The translations under genes were made by a program, and so were the position numbers. Positions 10,332 to 20,908 of a stretch of DNA of 64,000 bases are shown one piece after another. Every line of letters starts with the position of its first letter. The first letter of the stretch is position 1. The notes below the pieces were generated by a model. The model saw only the letters and a program-made list of their open reading frames with translations. It did not search any database and was not told the DNA's origin. The DNA is taken from assembly GCA_963668675.2 (NCBI GenBank), contig CAXXMB010000002.1, positions 416,001 through 480,000 of the forward strand, given 5' to 3'. Source of the DNA: an uncultured Desulfatitalea sp. GTDB lineage: Bacteria > Desulfobacterota > Desulfobacteria > Desulfobacterales > Desulfosarcinaceae.

Positions 10332-13300
10332 GAGCTTGCTCCGGTAAATTCAAGCGTTGTCGATCATCGTCATATTCGATCATGAGCACACCGGAACGCT
10401 GCCGGTCATTGATGTCCACAAAACATGCTCCGCCGATGAATGGCTCCAGCGTCATGACCGATTTCAATGGGGTGGCGACGATCATCTGAAATTTAAAACG
10501 CGTAAAGATGTTCATTGCCAGCGCCGTGAATTCATTGTCCGCCTTATCAAAGGCCTCATCCAGGATTACGGGGGCATAAGACGGAAAACCCTGGTCTCTG
10601 CCACCCAGCTGGTAGCGCAGGGCCGCAGCCAGACAGGTGGTCGCCAGTTTCTGGCGCTGGCCACCTGATTTTCCAACCCCGCTGCGGTATATCTCTATTT
10701 CGTCACCATTGGCATCCAATTCGCGCGCGATGAATTCGACATGCTGACGCACATCTAAAACCTTCTCGCGCCAGCGCCGTTGCTGCGGATCCTGATCGGC
10801 CAGACGTTCGACCAAGCGGCGCAGGATCGCAAACCTGCGCTCGGCCATATCACGGTCTTCGGTCCATGCATGCCCCAAAGCATCCTGTATCTCACGCTTA
10901 AAGTCCTGAACCTCCGGCAAATGACGGTCACCGACATCGATTCGCAAGAAACTACCCCGATTGAATTCGGCTAGCTGCAGCCCTTCATTTACCAATTCCA
11001 TGCGTTCGCGGATTTTATTACGCTCTTGTCGCAGATAGGTATTCAAAGAGGCGAGGTTCTGGTGACTCTGTTCTTTTAGCAGGTCGAAAAAACGCCTTTC
11101 ATGTCGAGGCAGACCGTCCATCTCCAGGCGCTTCAACTTCGCTAAAAAATCTCCGGCGCTCGCCAACTTCGCATCCAAACCCTCGGATTCCGCAGGCCAA
11201 TTCGAGATAAAACCGGCAAAACTGCGCTCGATCTCTCTTTCCAGTTGATTACGCTTTCCCATCAAGACCTTGAGTTCTTCGTTAAGCTGGCGTTCGACTT
11301 TGTTTGTCTGGGCGTCCAGATTTTCCAGCGTTGTCTGCTGCCCGAGCGCTCCGAAGCGAATGTCAAGTCCGTTTTGCTGCTCTTTAGTAAGCGTGCGCGG
11401 AGAGGAAGGATTCAATAAATCACTTAACTCGCCATTTCTCAATTGAATCTCTTTTTCCACCACCTTTATTTCGGCCCTAATCTCCTGCACCTCACCTTCT
11501 GCTTCCTTGAGATGAAGCCGCGCCTCATTAATACGACTCGTAATCTCCTGCAGTGCCTGATTGCCCCTGCGGATCCCTTCCAGTTGGTTTTCTATGGCGG
11601 TAATCCGTTCTATCAGCGGCGCGATATCGATCTCCTCCCACTGCAGGTTCACCAGGGTCTGGCAGTTCAGGGCACGTTCGGCCTGACGTTCCTCCTGCAT
11701 CTGCAGCGCCTCCAGTTCACGGTGATATGTGGCGATACGATCTGCCAACTCCTGGGCCTGCTTTTTGAACAACGCCAGTTTTTCCCGGTTGTCGAATCCG
11801 AGCACCCAGTAACGTCGGTCATCGATGCTGTGCCGGTCGTCCTTCTCATGCCGTGTTTTTCCGTGACGCACCAGCCCTTCACGGGTCAAGGCGCGCTCGT
11901 ATTTCCTTAAGCCTGCCACTGAATCCACGCAGATATAATCAAAACGATGGTTGATTTCGGAGCCAAGCCATTTTTGAAATGCACCCTCCTTCAATTTCAA
12001 TTTACCGGCCAACGAGTTGATCGAGACGGACTTGGAAGCGGCCGGGTTGATTCCGGCAACCCTGTAGTAGACCAATCGCTGCCCCAGTTGCATACGGTTA
12101 ACGCAACTGGAAACAGCTGCGTAGCGACGATCCTCGACCAGTATCGAAAGGGCGAACCCGTGCAGTACACGCTCGATCGCTCCACGCCATTCAGCCTCTT
12201 GCGGCATTACTTCGATGAGTTCGCCGGCAAATGGCAGCACTTCTTCGCCGAGACCAATCTGTGCGGCGATTTTGCGGCGAAGTTCGAGCATGTATCCCGG
12301 TATATTAGAAGGCTGGCGCTCGAGCGAGGCCACCTCCCGGGCGGTTTCCTGAAACTCTTTTTCAGCCGTATCGCAAGCTACGGTCAAGCGATCGTGCTGT
12401 GTCCGGGCATCTATCGTTTGCGCCTGACGCGCTTCGAGTTCACGCCGTGCTTTGTCCCGCAACTCGGAAAAGGCCATCGGCGTATCAGCCGGCGTCCATT
12501 CCAAGTGCCTGCAGGCCTCCCGAGCCTGCTCCTGCTTGGCCGACCGGCGGGCTCGCTCTTTTTCGCGTTCTCTTTTTTCGTTCGCCAGCCGATCGATCTC
12601 ATCCCCGCCCAATTGGAGATGCTGGTCCTTCAGGTCCTGCAATGCCCTTCTCTGGTGATCCGCCACTGATTCACGCTGTGTTGCTTTGGCGGTCAGCCCT
12701 TCTACCTGCACCCCGAGAGCGTTGATACGATGTTCCAGCAATGATGTCCGCAACCGGTCCCGGTATGCGTCAATCCCCAAGCACAGTCCGTCTACTTCTT
12801 CGTGTTCCACATGGACTTGCTGCAGTCGTTGGTGATTCTCTCTTGCAGGCGCCAGGGTCTGTACCTGCTCCCGTGCTGTGACCACGGCCTGGTGGGCCTC
12901 TTTCAATTCAGCAAACTCGCCGACCAAGGTATCCGCCACTTCGAATGTCTTGGGTGTGTCAAGCATGAAATCGCGCAGGAATGTATTCAGGTCCCCCAGA
13001 CTTTTTGCTGATTGGGTTTTATGGAGCAAGCGCAGGGCCAATTCACTCTCAATGTGCAGCAAACGGCGAAATCGTTCGCAGTATGGGTTGAAATTGTTGA
13101 AAAAGGCCCCGTCGGTAAGTTTACGTTTTAATTGACGCAAATCGAGATTGAAATCCTGCAGCTCCTCCAAATCGAAAGGTCGCTCGAAAATGAGAAAGTG
13201 GCGCCGGACATCTCGAGCGATGGTCGCCTTGCCTCGCAACCAAAACAGCCCGACCAAAGACACCGTGCGGCCGTCCGTGTCACGGAACGTCAATGCCAGG

Positions 13301-13659
13301 GCCGACCAGGTGGAACCGGTTCGCAGGAAGCGTGCGGCAATCTCCCCGGTGGTCTCATCTTTTTGTTCGGACCAGGCGCCGCGTATGTAAGTAGCCCAGT
13401 TGCGATCCCGGCCCCTATGAGTCGCATCCCGCGCCGCGGCATTGAAATCGATCCAGCGCGGCGGGATGAGCAATGCGGATATGGCATCCAGCAACGTGGT
13501 CTTGCCCGACCCCGAACGCCCCACGAAGAGAAAGCCGCGCTCTGAAACCGGTATGTCGTGCAACCCGTCGAAAGTCCCCCAATTGAATACCTGCAGTCGG
13601 ACAATGCGAAACTGCTCATGCGTCGGGAACAATTCAATCTGTTCACTCACGGGATTCAT
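10303..13659 (-). CDS. jetC: Wadjet JetC SMC-like ATPase
   Basis: FNWGTF, Walker A GRSGSGKT, long coiled coils, signature KSGGQ, Walker B ILDEAF, HEKDDR motif. Confidence 0.93.
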   Translation of the reverse strand: MNPVSEQIELFPTHEQFRIVRLQVFNWGTFDGLHDIPVSERGFLFVGRSGSGKTTLLDAISALLIPPRWIDFNAAARDATHRGRDRNWATYIRGAWSEQKDETTGEIAARFLRTGSTWSALALTFRDTDGRTVSLVGLFWLRGKATIARDVRRHFLIFERPFDLEELQDFNLDLRQLKRKLTDGAFFNNFNPYCERFRRLLHIESELALRLLHKTQSAKSLGDLNTFLRDFMLDTPKTFEVADTLVGEFAELKEAHQAVVTAREQVQTLAPARENHQRLQQVHVEHEEVDGLCLGIDAYRDRLRTSLLEHRINALGVQVEGLTAKATQRESVADHQRRALQDLKDQHLQLGGDEIDRLANEKREREKERARRSAKQEQAREACRHLEWTPADTPMAFSELRDKARRELEARQAQTIDARTQHDRLTVACDTAEKEFQETAREVASLERQPSNIPGYMLELRRKIAAQIGLGEEVLPFAGELIEVMPQEAEWRGAIERVLHGFALSILVEDRRYAAVSSCVNRMQLGQRLVYYRVAGINPAASKSVSINSLAGKLKLKEGAFQKWLGSEINHRFDYICVDSVAGLRKYERALTREGLVRHGKTRHEKDDRHSIDDRRYWVLGFDNREKLALFKKQAQELADRIATYHRELEALQMQEERQAERALNCQTLVNLQWEEIDIAPLIERITAIENQLEGIRRGNQALQEITSRINEARLHLKEAEGEVQEIRAEIKVVEKEIQLRNGELSDLLNPSSPRTLTKEQQNGLDIRFGALGQQTTLENLDAQTNKVERQLNEELKVLMGKRNQLEREIERSFAGFISNWPAESEGLDAKLASAGDFLAKLKRLEMDGLPRHERRFFDLLKEQSHQNLASLNTYLRQERNKIRERMELVNEGLQLAEFNRGSFLRIDVGDRHLPEVQDFKREIQDALGHAWTEDRDMAERRFAILRRLVERLADQDPQQRRWREKVLDVRQHVEFIARELDANGDEIEIYRSGVGKSGGQRQKLATTCLAAALRYQLGGRDQGFPSYAPVILDEAFDKADNEFTALAMNIFTRFKFQMIVATPLKSVMTLEPFIGGACFVDINDRQRSGVLMIEYDDDRQRLNLPEQARDDKIIAVS

Positions 13660-14363
13660 TCTTCCGGCTCCTCTTCATCCTCATGGTCGGCTGCGGTGCG
13701 CGATGTCGTATCCGCTCCCAGTGCCTGATATTGTTCCGTAAGGGCCACAATTTGCTCGGCCGAAAAAAGGAGTTTCAACGTCGGTGATATTTCATAGCGG
13801 TCTTCACTGCCCCTGACCTTTTGCAGGATGCTGTTCTTTTTCATTTTCTCGATAGAGGCTCGAATTTTCTTTTCAAAACCGGCGTGGTCGGTGCTGACAG
13901 TCCGCTCAAAAGGGGCCGCATGTTCGACGATTTCAAAAGCATCGACGACTGCCCGCTCTCCCCGAACATCGGCTTGCGTCAACCGTTGGCGTAAAAAAAG
14001 CAGGATTACTGAATCGATAAAGGTAAGCGGAGAGCGACGTAGCAGAATCGGTGCTTCGAGTTCGCCGACATCCGCCTGGCGCGTGAAGGCCACCTGCTGA
14101 TCCGTGTCTATCACCAGATCCAGAAACAGGTCAGCGAGGCGGTTGCGTATTATTTCTTCATCACGTGCCAACACGGGCCAGAGCCTTGAATGTCGCCTGC
14201 CGTCCAGAGATGGGCCCGAGAGCAATTGAACCATGACCCTTCGGGTTTCCATGGCCAGTTGTCCTTTGTCACCGAGGTAGAGCGCTCCGACGTCCTCGCC
14301 TTCGGATGATGGGGGTTCCAATACGTCGAGGGGGATCGTCTCAGATGGTTCAGATGAGCTCAT
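13656..14363 (-). CDS. jetB: Wadjet JetB (DUF4194)
   Basis: 235-aa ORF overlapping jetA and jetC; QLLSGP, LFLDLVID, ISPTLKLLF. Confidence 0.88.
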   Translation of the reverse strand: MSSSEPSETIPLDVLEPPSSEGEDVGALYLGDKGQLAMETRRVMVQLLSGPSLDGRRHSRLWPVLARDEEIIRNRLADLFLDLVIDTDQQVAFTRQADVGELEAPILLRRSPLTFIDSVILLFLRQRLTQADVRGERAVVDAFEIVEHAAPFERTVSTDHAGFEKKIRASIEKMKKNSILQKVRGSEDRYEISPTLKLLFSAEQIVALTEQYQALGADTTSRTAADHEDEEEPEE

Positions 14364-15813
14364 CGACTTGCTCCTTGAGAAAATAGATCAGTGGGATTCG
14401 CGCAGTGCGGTGTTGCATGTCCTCACCGCGCCAACTGACCGATTCACTGCGATCCGTTATCACTTGCCCATGGCGACTGCCCAAAGCCACATATCCAACG
14501 ATGCTGCCAAGGCCTTGAGCAGCGGGGAAGGTTCGCAGGACTTTCCCGATGCAAACCTGGGAGTGCTGCGATAGACAAGCACGGATGTTGTCTGCAAGTT
14601 TCCTGAAATCGATTTCCGACTGCATGACCAAGGCCGCAACCGAATCAAGGCCTATTTGCGCCGCATCGCCGGCAGCCATGCCTTTTTCAATCGTATTCTC
14701 GGATGGATCCAGCAGAACCCATTGAGAAACCGACCGAATTTGGCTGCTAGTCAACTGCAAATGAGATTCCAGCTTATCAGTGGCCTTGATCTCATCCTTG
14801 AGCGCCAAAGCACTCTGCTGGGCTCCCGATATCAGTTGGTTGATCCGCCGCTGCTCCAAATATTCACGGCTCTGTACGAACTGCTTCAAGCTGCGGGCGA
14901 ACTGCTGTAAAACCTCATGCACCGCGCCGCCCTGGTCTAAAAGCGTCTGGAGCAAGCGCATCAAAAACCGACGCTCCTGGGTAGCCAGCCGTTTGCTGAA
15001 TGCCCGTCCGAATATCTCTTCGATCGCCTCTTCCAAAGCAGCATTTTGCTCCGGATCGGTCAGCAAACGCCAAAAAGCGTGAAAGGTTCTTCCGGACTCA
15101 CTTTGCGATATGACATCAATGCCGGCGAAGAGCTTCTCCAGCACCTCTCCACGACTTCCGCTGTCATCCATTATCCTTTCGCGCAAATCACGGTTCAAAT
15201 GCTCAAAATTGTCGCGCACGCTGTGAAAATCCGATATCAATTCACCCGATAGAGAGATAATTTCCCGGACCCGCTCCAGGGCCTGTTCATCCTCCAAGGT
15301 TTTGAGATGCCCCCTGCTCAACTCATCTATCGAGCGATCAATCCGCTTGCGCTCAGCCATCAGGCTCGCCATCCGACTCTGCGGATCGGTATCGGTCTCC
15401 TCGATGAGACGCACCAAATGCTGGATAACCGTTGACAGCCGGCTTCCGGTTACGGCCGTCCGGGGTTCCACCACCCCCCCAATCAGATGGATTGCCTTTG
15501 CTGCCGGTGCGGAAAGCTCATATTCTTCTTCAGCAGCACCTGCCGGGAAACGACGGATCAGCCAGCCTTTGGCCAGCCAATCGGCCACATACCCTTGGGC
15601 CGTCTGAGGTAACACGTCCCCCCGTGAGCGCAACTGCTCCAAATCGTTTTCCAGTCGCTCAAAAAGGATAGATGCCGGCAGTTTCTGGTTACCCTCCATC
15701 AAATTGTGTTGTAGCAGCGCGATAACCATCGGTGCGCTGTCGGCAGCCAATAAGCGCCATAGCGGCTCATCTCTCAAACGCCGATAGGTGGCAACGGCCT
15801 GGTTGAGTTTCAT
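14350..15813 (-). CDS. jetA: Wadjet JetA (DUF3375)
   Basis: PLWRLLAADSAP, YVADWLAKGWL, SESGRTFHAFWRLL; first gene of a four-gene overlapping operon. Confidence 0.9.
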   Translation of the reverse strand: MKLNQAVATYRRLRDEPLWRLLAADSAPMVIALLQHNLMEGNQKLPASILFERLENDLEQLRSRGDVLPQTAQGYVADWLAKGWLIRRFPAGAAEEEYELSAPAAKAIHLIGGVVEPRTAVTGSRLSTVIQHLVRLIEETDTDPQSRMASLMAERKRIDRSIDELSRGHLKTLEDEQALERVREIISLSGELISDFHSVRDNFEHLNRDLRERIMDDSGSRGEVLEKLFAGIDVISQSESGRTFHAFWRLLTDPEQNAALEEAIEEIFGRAFSKRLATQERRFLMRLLQTLLDQGGAVHEVLQQFARSLKQFVQSREYLEQRRINQLISGAQQSALALKDEIKATDKLESHLQLTSSQIRSVSQWVLLDPSENTIEKGMAAGDAAQIGLDSVAALVMQSEIDFRKLADNIRACLSQHSQVCIGKVLRTFPAAQGLGSIVGYVALGSRHGQVITDRSESVSWRGEDMQHRTARIPLIYFLKEQVDELI

Positions 15814-15880
15814 GGCGTTTGACTCATCAAACTAACGGGAGCCCTTTGGAGGTGGTGTGTAGACATCTTTTATCCTCCAT

Positions 15881-16693
15881 CTATATTTCGGACAGCTCAT
15901 GTGCGCAGGAGTATGGGATTAACGCCCCTGTTTCTGTTTCCTTCCAGATCTTCTCCCGATGGGCAGCATCAAAAACCATCTGCTCCTCCGGGAATGCCTC
16001 TGCGATCTGTCTCACAATCCTCATCTCATCATCGGACAACGGTTCTGCTTCGCTCTCATCCAATGCTTTGATCGGATCAATCAGATCCTTGTAGTTGTTG
16101 AGCTGAGGCCCGTATGTGATGGCGGCATAGGATGCACCGGTTAAACTTCTTCCAGTCTGCCTGAAGCACAAAAAATCCGCATACCAAAGATATTTGGCGA
16201 GATATAAAAATTTATCACCCTTCTTGAGCAATTTTTTGCCGAGCAACGCTTCCAACTGACGCGTTATCAACTTGATGCGCGGCAAGGAAATTTCACGATT
16301 CCCGGAATAGTTATCCGCCTGTATCCTGCACTGAAGCTGCATACGAAGCGCATGGTCCATGGAAGCGCTCTGAACCGTACCGGTTTCCCATCGTTTAATG
16401 CTCGCGATGCCGATGTTCATGATTTCAGCCAGCTGTTGCTGGGTCAGCCGGCGCGACTTCCTCAGCGATCTAATTTCTTCGCTGGTCAGCATTCCCTTCC
16501 GTGCACGGTAGGCATCGGCTATGGCCAACTGCAAAGCCCCGGCAGTCTGCATCGTCCCGGCCTCAATACCGCACACTGGGCACACATAGGCATCTGCATC
16601 GACCTCTATATCAACCCCCTTAAAGGTCAACGCCTTTTTAATCGTCTTTCGTACTATGCCCCCATGGCCTCTGGGGCAACTGAGCGTTTTCAT
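15881..16693 (-). CDS. MqsA-type antitoxin: Zn ribbon + XRE HTH + C-terminal DUF4065/Panacea-like domain
   Basis: CPRGH...CPVC; LTQQQLAEIMNIGIASIKRWETG; LAKYLWYADF...SLTGASYAAITYGP; AGGAGG RBS; ATGA overlap with toxin. Confidence 0.82.
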   Translation of the reverse strand: MKTLSCPRGHGGIVRKTIKKALTFKGVDIEVDADAYVCPVCGIEAGTMQTAGALQLAIADAYRARKGMLTSEEIRSLRKSRRLTQQQLAEIMNIGIASIKRWETGTVQSASMDHALRMQLQCRIQADNYSGNREISLPRIKLITRQLEALLGKKLLKKGDKFLYLAKYLWYADFLCFRQTGRSLTGASYAAITYGPQLNNYKDLIDPIKALDESEAEPLSDDEMRIVRQIAEAFPEEQMVFDAAHREKIWKETETGALIPYSCAHELSEI

Positions 16694-17061
16694 GGCTCCT
16701 CCTTTACCGGCCGGCCCTGGTGAAGCGACACCAGCCAAAACGTCTCTCCCACCATCGCAAACTTGAAATAGACCCGGCATCTGAACCTGATGCTTTCCAC
16801 TGTGAATGCAAAAAGTTCCAACCCATTGATATCCTGCTCGTATGATCGTTGTGGGGGCCTTGAGCCGGTGTAGTCGGCAGGCGTGGCGGCCTTGAGCAAC
16901 CCCACAAGCACTTCTCCAAGTTCTGTACCTATACTGTAATCCAACTCAATAGCATCGGCAGCCAGTGATACTTGATTGAGGAGCGCAACACGCCCTTCCC
17001 CAACGGCCTGCCGAGCCGACCGCAACTTACCATACAACTCTTTATGCGATGGTCTGTTCAT
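16690..17061 (-). CDS. Putative MqsR/RelE-fold toxin
   Basis: About 123 aa ending VYFKFAM...WLVSLH; directly upstream of the MqsA-like antitoxin. Confidence 0.72.
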   Translation of the reverse strand: MNRPSHKELYGKLRSARQAVGEGRVALLNQVSLAADAIELDYSIGTELGEVLVGLLKAATPADYTGSRPPQRSYEQDINGLELFAFTVESIRFRCRVYFKFAMVGETFWLVSLHQGRPVKEEP

Positions 17062-17064
17062 GAC

Positions 17065-17094
17065 ATGATATGGTATCAATTGATACTTTGTCAA
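17065..17094 (-). promoter_or_regulatory. Sigma70-type promoter with palindromic operator of the TA operon
   Basis: TTGACA-N18-TATCAT on the minus strand enclosing the perfect palindrome GTATCAATTGATAC (17073-17086). Confidence 0.7.
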
Positions 17095-17367
17095 GGAATT
17101 AAGAATTGGATAAAAGAAAATAAGAAAACATAAATTTGATTTATATACGGTATGTTATAATTTTTTATATGGAACGACTCCTTAACTGCGAATGCTCAAT
17201 TTTCTTGAATTTCACCGGGCTTTTTATAGACCACATGCATAGCTATTCGAAACATTGAGAAGAAAGGCCTTAAAACCCGCTTATAAAACCGACAATATTG
17301 ATATTAATAATAATGGATTTAATCCAGAACCATATCCACAATTTTCTGATTAAGGTTCCGAGCCAAG

Positions 17368-17565
17368 CTAACCATATGATGTTTCAGAAATAATTTTGAG
17401 TTTTGAAATTCCCTCAAAATCCTTGAGGTTTTGCGCAACCAAGGCCACCCCGTGGCGCACGACGCATGCGGCTATCCAGCCGCTGTTGTAGGAAATCGGC
17501 TTTCCTTGCTTTTCTCGTTCAACCAGCACACGTCCATAGTCTTTGGATATTTCGAAATCATACGG
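17368..17565 (-). pseudogene. VapC/PIN toxin C-terminal remnant
   Basis: YGRVLVEREKQGKPISYNSGWIAACVVRHGVALVAQNLKDFEGI resembles a PIN C-half; N-half missing and acidic residues degenerate. Confidence 0.7.
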
Positions 17566-17699
17566 CGACCAGGATTTGGGAAAATATAAAAAGGGCCTCA
17601 CGCTAATCAGCAAAATAGAATTTAAACAATTATAATGCGGCCCCACTCCACTTCTATTCTGTTCTCTTAGGGTATACCATCTCTTGGATTTGTTTTCAT

Positions 17700-20147
17700 T
17701 TATGTCAATATGGCAACCAATTCTGCTATCACTTTTAATTTTTCTGATTGTTCTTTTGAAAGTTCAATTGGTTGAAAATCTGGAAATGTTGAATCTGGCT
17801 TGAGGATTACTCTTTCATGCCTCCAGCTTTCATCCAATTCCTTTCTTTTCTCACTCTCATAAATCTTGACCGTATATTGACCCCCAGATTCGACATCATA
17901 AATATCATGGTGCTGAACCAAAACGACTTTCCCCTGACGAGTCCCCGATGGGAACAACCTGAAAAGACACCATGCACCATTAGGAATTCGTCGGTTCATA
18001 GATTCGCCTACGACCTGCGCAACAAAAAGGTCCTTACTGTGCCTAAATGCGCCAGGAAGTTGCACCCAAGTCATGTCTTCAAGATTTTCTGAAATGTATT
18101 GTTCATCAGAAAAAGTACCGGCTGCAATTTTTAGATCGTATAGAGGTATACAATTCTCATATGGCCTAATTTCTTCATGCTGTAAAATTTTAAGTTTTAG
18201 TCCTGGATACTGCTCTGCTATTAATTCTTCTTGATCAATAGACGCATCTTCGTTCTGTTCTGATTTATTGTTTTCATGAGATATTACCTGGGACAAGTCT
18301 GAAAAATATGCATTAGTCTCCGGATCGGTGCAATAAATATAACAGCCATTTTGGCCTCTTGACATTAATGTCCTGTATGTATTTTTAATAATAGTCTCTG
18401 CCTTAAGAATTGCGGCTTCACGATTTTCTTTTAATGCTTTCTTATAGCCTTTAAGCGACTGATCAGTTTTTGCCCGCTCATCTGATTGAACTATCAATTT
18501 GCCATTTCTGACAACAATGTCAGGACCAATAATAACACCTATATAGTCCACTTCTAATCCTTGGCAAGTATGTATGCAGCCAATTTCATTTACAGACTCT
18601 GATTTCCTAATCCAAAGACTTCCATCTATCTTGAGATTCCATTGGGCCGCGAAATCATGTTCACCAATGACAATGTCCTTTTCCGTTTTGTTTTCTGGTT
18701 TCTGGCTTATCCAGTCCCAACAATAACCAGCCACTAATCTGGCTTTATTGTATATTTTATTCTTACTTTTAATAGCCTCCATTAATTTATTAGGTGAATC
18801 GAAAACCCGAAAGTCATAGTTAATGCATCCCAAGGTTTCATTAGCGGTTTCTCTCATTTGCAAAACATTATCAAGCCAAGATAGATATCCATCTGAGCCA
18901 TTACATCTAAATTGGGAATGAAGCTTCATCCTGTGAATAGTTGCCCCAAGGGTGCTTGACCATTTTTCAATTTCTTCAATTTTTCCAATATCTTTCCATG
19001 TGACTCGCTGGTCTTCATCTATGAAAAATATGCTACATTTGGCCGCCTGAATGATTTCCTTTATCTGGTTCTCACCCATGTTTTGGAACATGCCTGATTT
19101 CTCATTGAGGCGGTGGGCTTCATCTACGACTAAAGCATCGAATATATTTGGATCACAATTTGTATAGGCACCTGAACCTCGAAAAAGGTTAGAAATATGA
19201 CTTTTGGTATATGAACCGGTCAAGACACTTTCATAGACTGCTCTTGGCGCAGCATTCTTCGTTACATATTGCGTGACAAACCTCTTGTTGGTCAACGCTA
19301 CAAGAAGATTAATGGCAACCACTGACTTACCCGTGCCAGGCCCACCCTCGACTATTAAGACTCGTTTGTCTTCAATGGTTGATATTTCTGATAGGTTTAA
19401 TGCTGTTTCATATACCAATTTCTGATCGTCAATCATGAAGAATTCTTCATTGCCTTGGAGCATGGACAAGAGCGCATCAGCCAGATTCTTGGATGGTCTT
19501 ATCTTGCCTTTATCAATTTCATACATGACCTTCCCGGCATCACCATGATGAATGAACTGCTTGATAAAGGTTGAAAGTTTCTCGGTGTCCTTTCTGATGA
19601 AGGATGGCGCTCTTTGAAGGTAACGATTATAGCGAAAAGCCTTAATGACACCCTCTGATTCCATATTATGAAGATATGCACATGGTTTTAGTGATATGTG
19701 CTGTTCTTGAACTGTTTCATTGAAATCTTCGAGGAGTGCTGCATATGACCAAGCTTGATAAGATGGATGATTTACTTCTCTCTCTGCCCCATTTATAAAT
19801 GTTTTTACTATGGCATCTTTATCCGTTAGTTTAGCCTCTGACCATTGTTTTAGCTCTACAATGACTGCGTTACGCTGTCTTTTTTCATTAGTCCCGGTAA
19901 GAATCACATCAATTCGCTTCGAGGTTTGTGGTATCCTATATTCTATTGCCACTCCTGTATTATCAGGGATGCCGTCATCTTCAAGTACGTTGCTCATATA
20001 CATCATGGAGTTTTTCCACGAGGCTATTTCAGACTTGCTGGTGGAGTGCCCAAGATTCCGTTTATATGCCCTTAGTATTGCCCTTTCGATCCTATTATAG
20101 CGAACATCTTGTCGAAACTCTGATTTGGTAGAAGCATATACAATCAT
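17700..20147 (-). CDS. DUF2075 (Schlafen group 3-like) nuclease-helicase with C-terminal LexA-like S24 peptidase domain
   Basis: N-terminal RIDVIL...VELKQW...HPSYQAWSY; Walker A GGPGTGKS; VVDEAHRL; QFRCNGS; HTCQGLE; tail IAAG ... GESM ... YTVK. Confidence 0.85.
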   Translation of the reverse strand: MIVYASTKSEFRQDVRYNRIERAILRAYKRNLGHSTSKSEIASWKNSMMYMSNVLEDDGIPDNTGVAIEYRIPQTSKRIDVILTGTNEKRQRNAVIVELKQWSEAKLTDKDAIVKTFINGAEREVNHPSYQAWSYAALLEDFNETVQEQHISLKPCAYLHNMESEGVIKAFRYNRYLQRAPSFIRKDTEKLSTFIKQFIHHGDAGKVMYEIDKGKIRPSKNLADALLSMLQGNEEFFMIDDQKLVYETALNLSEISTIEDKRVLIVEGGPGTGKSVVAINLLVALTNKRFVTQYVTKNAAPRAVYESVLTGSYTKSHISNLFRGSGAYTNCDPNIFDALVVDEAHRLNEKSGMFQNMGENQIKEIIQAAKCSIFFIDEDQRVTWKDIGKIEEIEKWSSTLGATIHRMKLHSQFRCNGSDGYLSWLDNVLQMRETANETLGCINYDFRVFDSPNKLMEAIKSKNKIYNKARLVAGYCWDWISQKPENKTEKDIVIGEHDFAAQWNLKIDGSLWIRKSESVNEIGCIHTCQGLEVDYIGVIIGPDIVVRNGKLIVQSDERAKTDQSLKGYKKALKENREAAILKAETIIKNTYRTLMSRGQNGCYIYCTDPETNAYFSDLSQVISHENNKSEQNEDASIDQEELIAEQYPGLKLKILQHEEIRPYENCIPLYDLKIAAGTFSDEQYISENLEDMTWVQLPGAFRHSKDLFVAQVVGESMNRRIPNGAWCLFRLFPSGTRQGKVVLVQHHDIYDVESGGQYTVKIYESEKRKELDESWRHERVILKPDSTFPDFQPIELSKEQSEKLKVIAELVAILT

Positions 20148-20192
20148 TTATCAAATTCCATGTCAGTATTGGTTTCGTCTATCAAGCCTATT

Positions 20193-20531
20193 CTAAAGAT
20201 CCTTATATTTATCTGCCCTGCCTTTGGCGATTTTCACCGGATATTTTTTCCCGTTTGTAATAATTTTTTCTTTGGCCGCTTCAATAGGATCAATATCAAA
20301 TTTGTCCGCCAGCATGACCAGGTAAATCATTATGTCACCGATTTCTTCTTTAACCATATTTAGCTTTTCAGGATTCAGCTCTTTGCTTTCTTTCTGTGTT
20401 AACCATTGAAAATGCTCCAATAGTTCTGCGACTTCAACACTTAATGCCATAGAAAGATTTTTCGGTGAATGAAACTGCCCCCAATCTCTTGCCATCGCAA
20501 AATCGCGCAATTTTTGTATTAGCTCCTTCAT
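20193..20531 (-). CDS. MazG-like nucleotide pyrophosphohydrolase
   Basis: RDWGQFHSPKNL, EVAELLEHFQW, EEIGD. Confidence 0.9.
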   Translation of the reverse strand: MKELIQKLRDFAMARDWGQFHSPKNLSMALSVEVAELLEHFQWLTQKESKELNPEKLNMVKEEIGDIMIYLVMLADKFDIDPIEAAKEKIITNGKKYPVKIAKGRADKYKDL

Positions 20532-20714
20532 TTACTATCCTAATTTGAATTAGTTAAGATATCCTCGGAAACTTTCCTGTAAAAACAGATTGATTTTAGC
20601 ACGGCTCGGGTCGGCATCGCCGGGGGTCAATAAGAAACCCCCGGCGGTGTCTGCAGGTCGCTCTCTCGGTTATAATTGTTTTGACAGACAAACCGTAAGG
20701 GAAAGGAGTAGACC

Positions 20715-20908
20715 ATGACCGCCAAAACCAAATTAGCACAAAAGCGATTCGCCTTGCTACAGCTTGTTGAAAAATTTGGCAACGTTTCGAAGGCCTGCCG
20801 GATGCACAAGGCGTTCCGAAGCCAGTTTTACGAGTATAAGCGTTCCTTCCAGGAGCATGGCCTTGAGGGCTTGATTGACAAGTCGTCTATTCCAGGCTCC
20901 CATCCCAG
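20715..20908 (+). pseudogene. IS481-family transposase N-terminal fragment
   Basis: LLQLVEKFGNVSKACR...SQFYEYKRSFQEHGLEGLID...PGSHP, then loses similarity. Confidence 0.72.
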
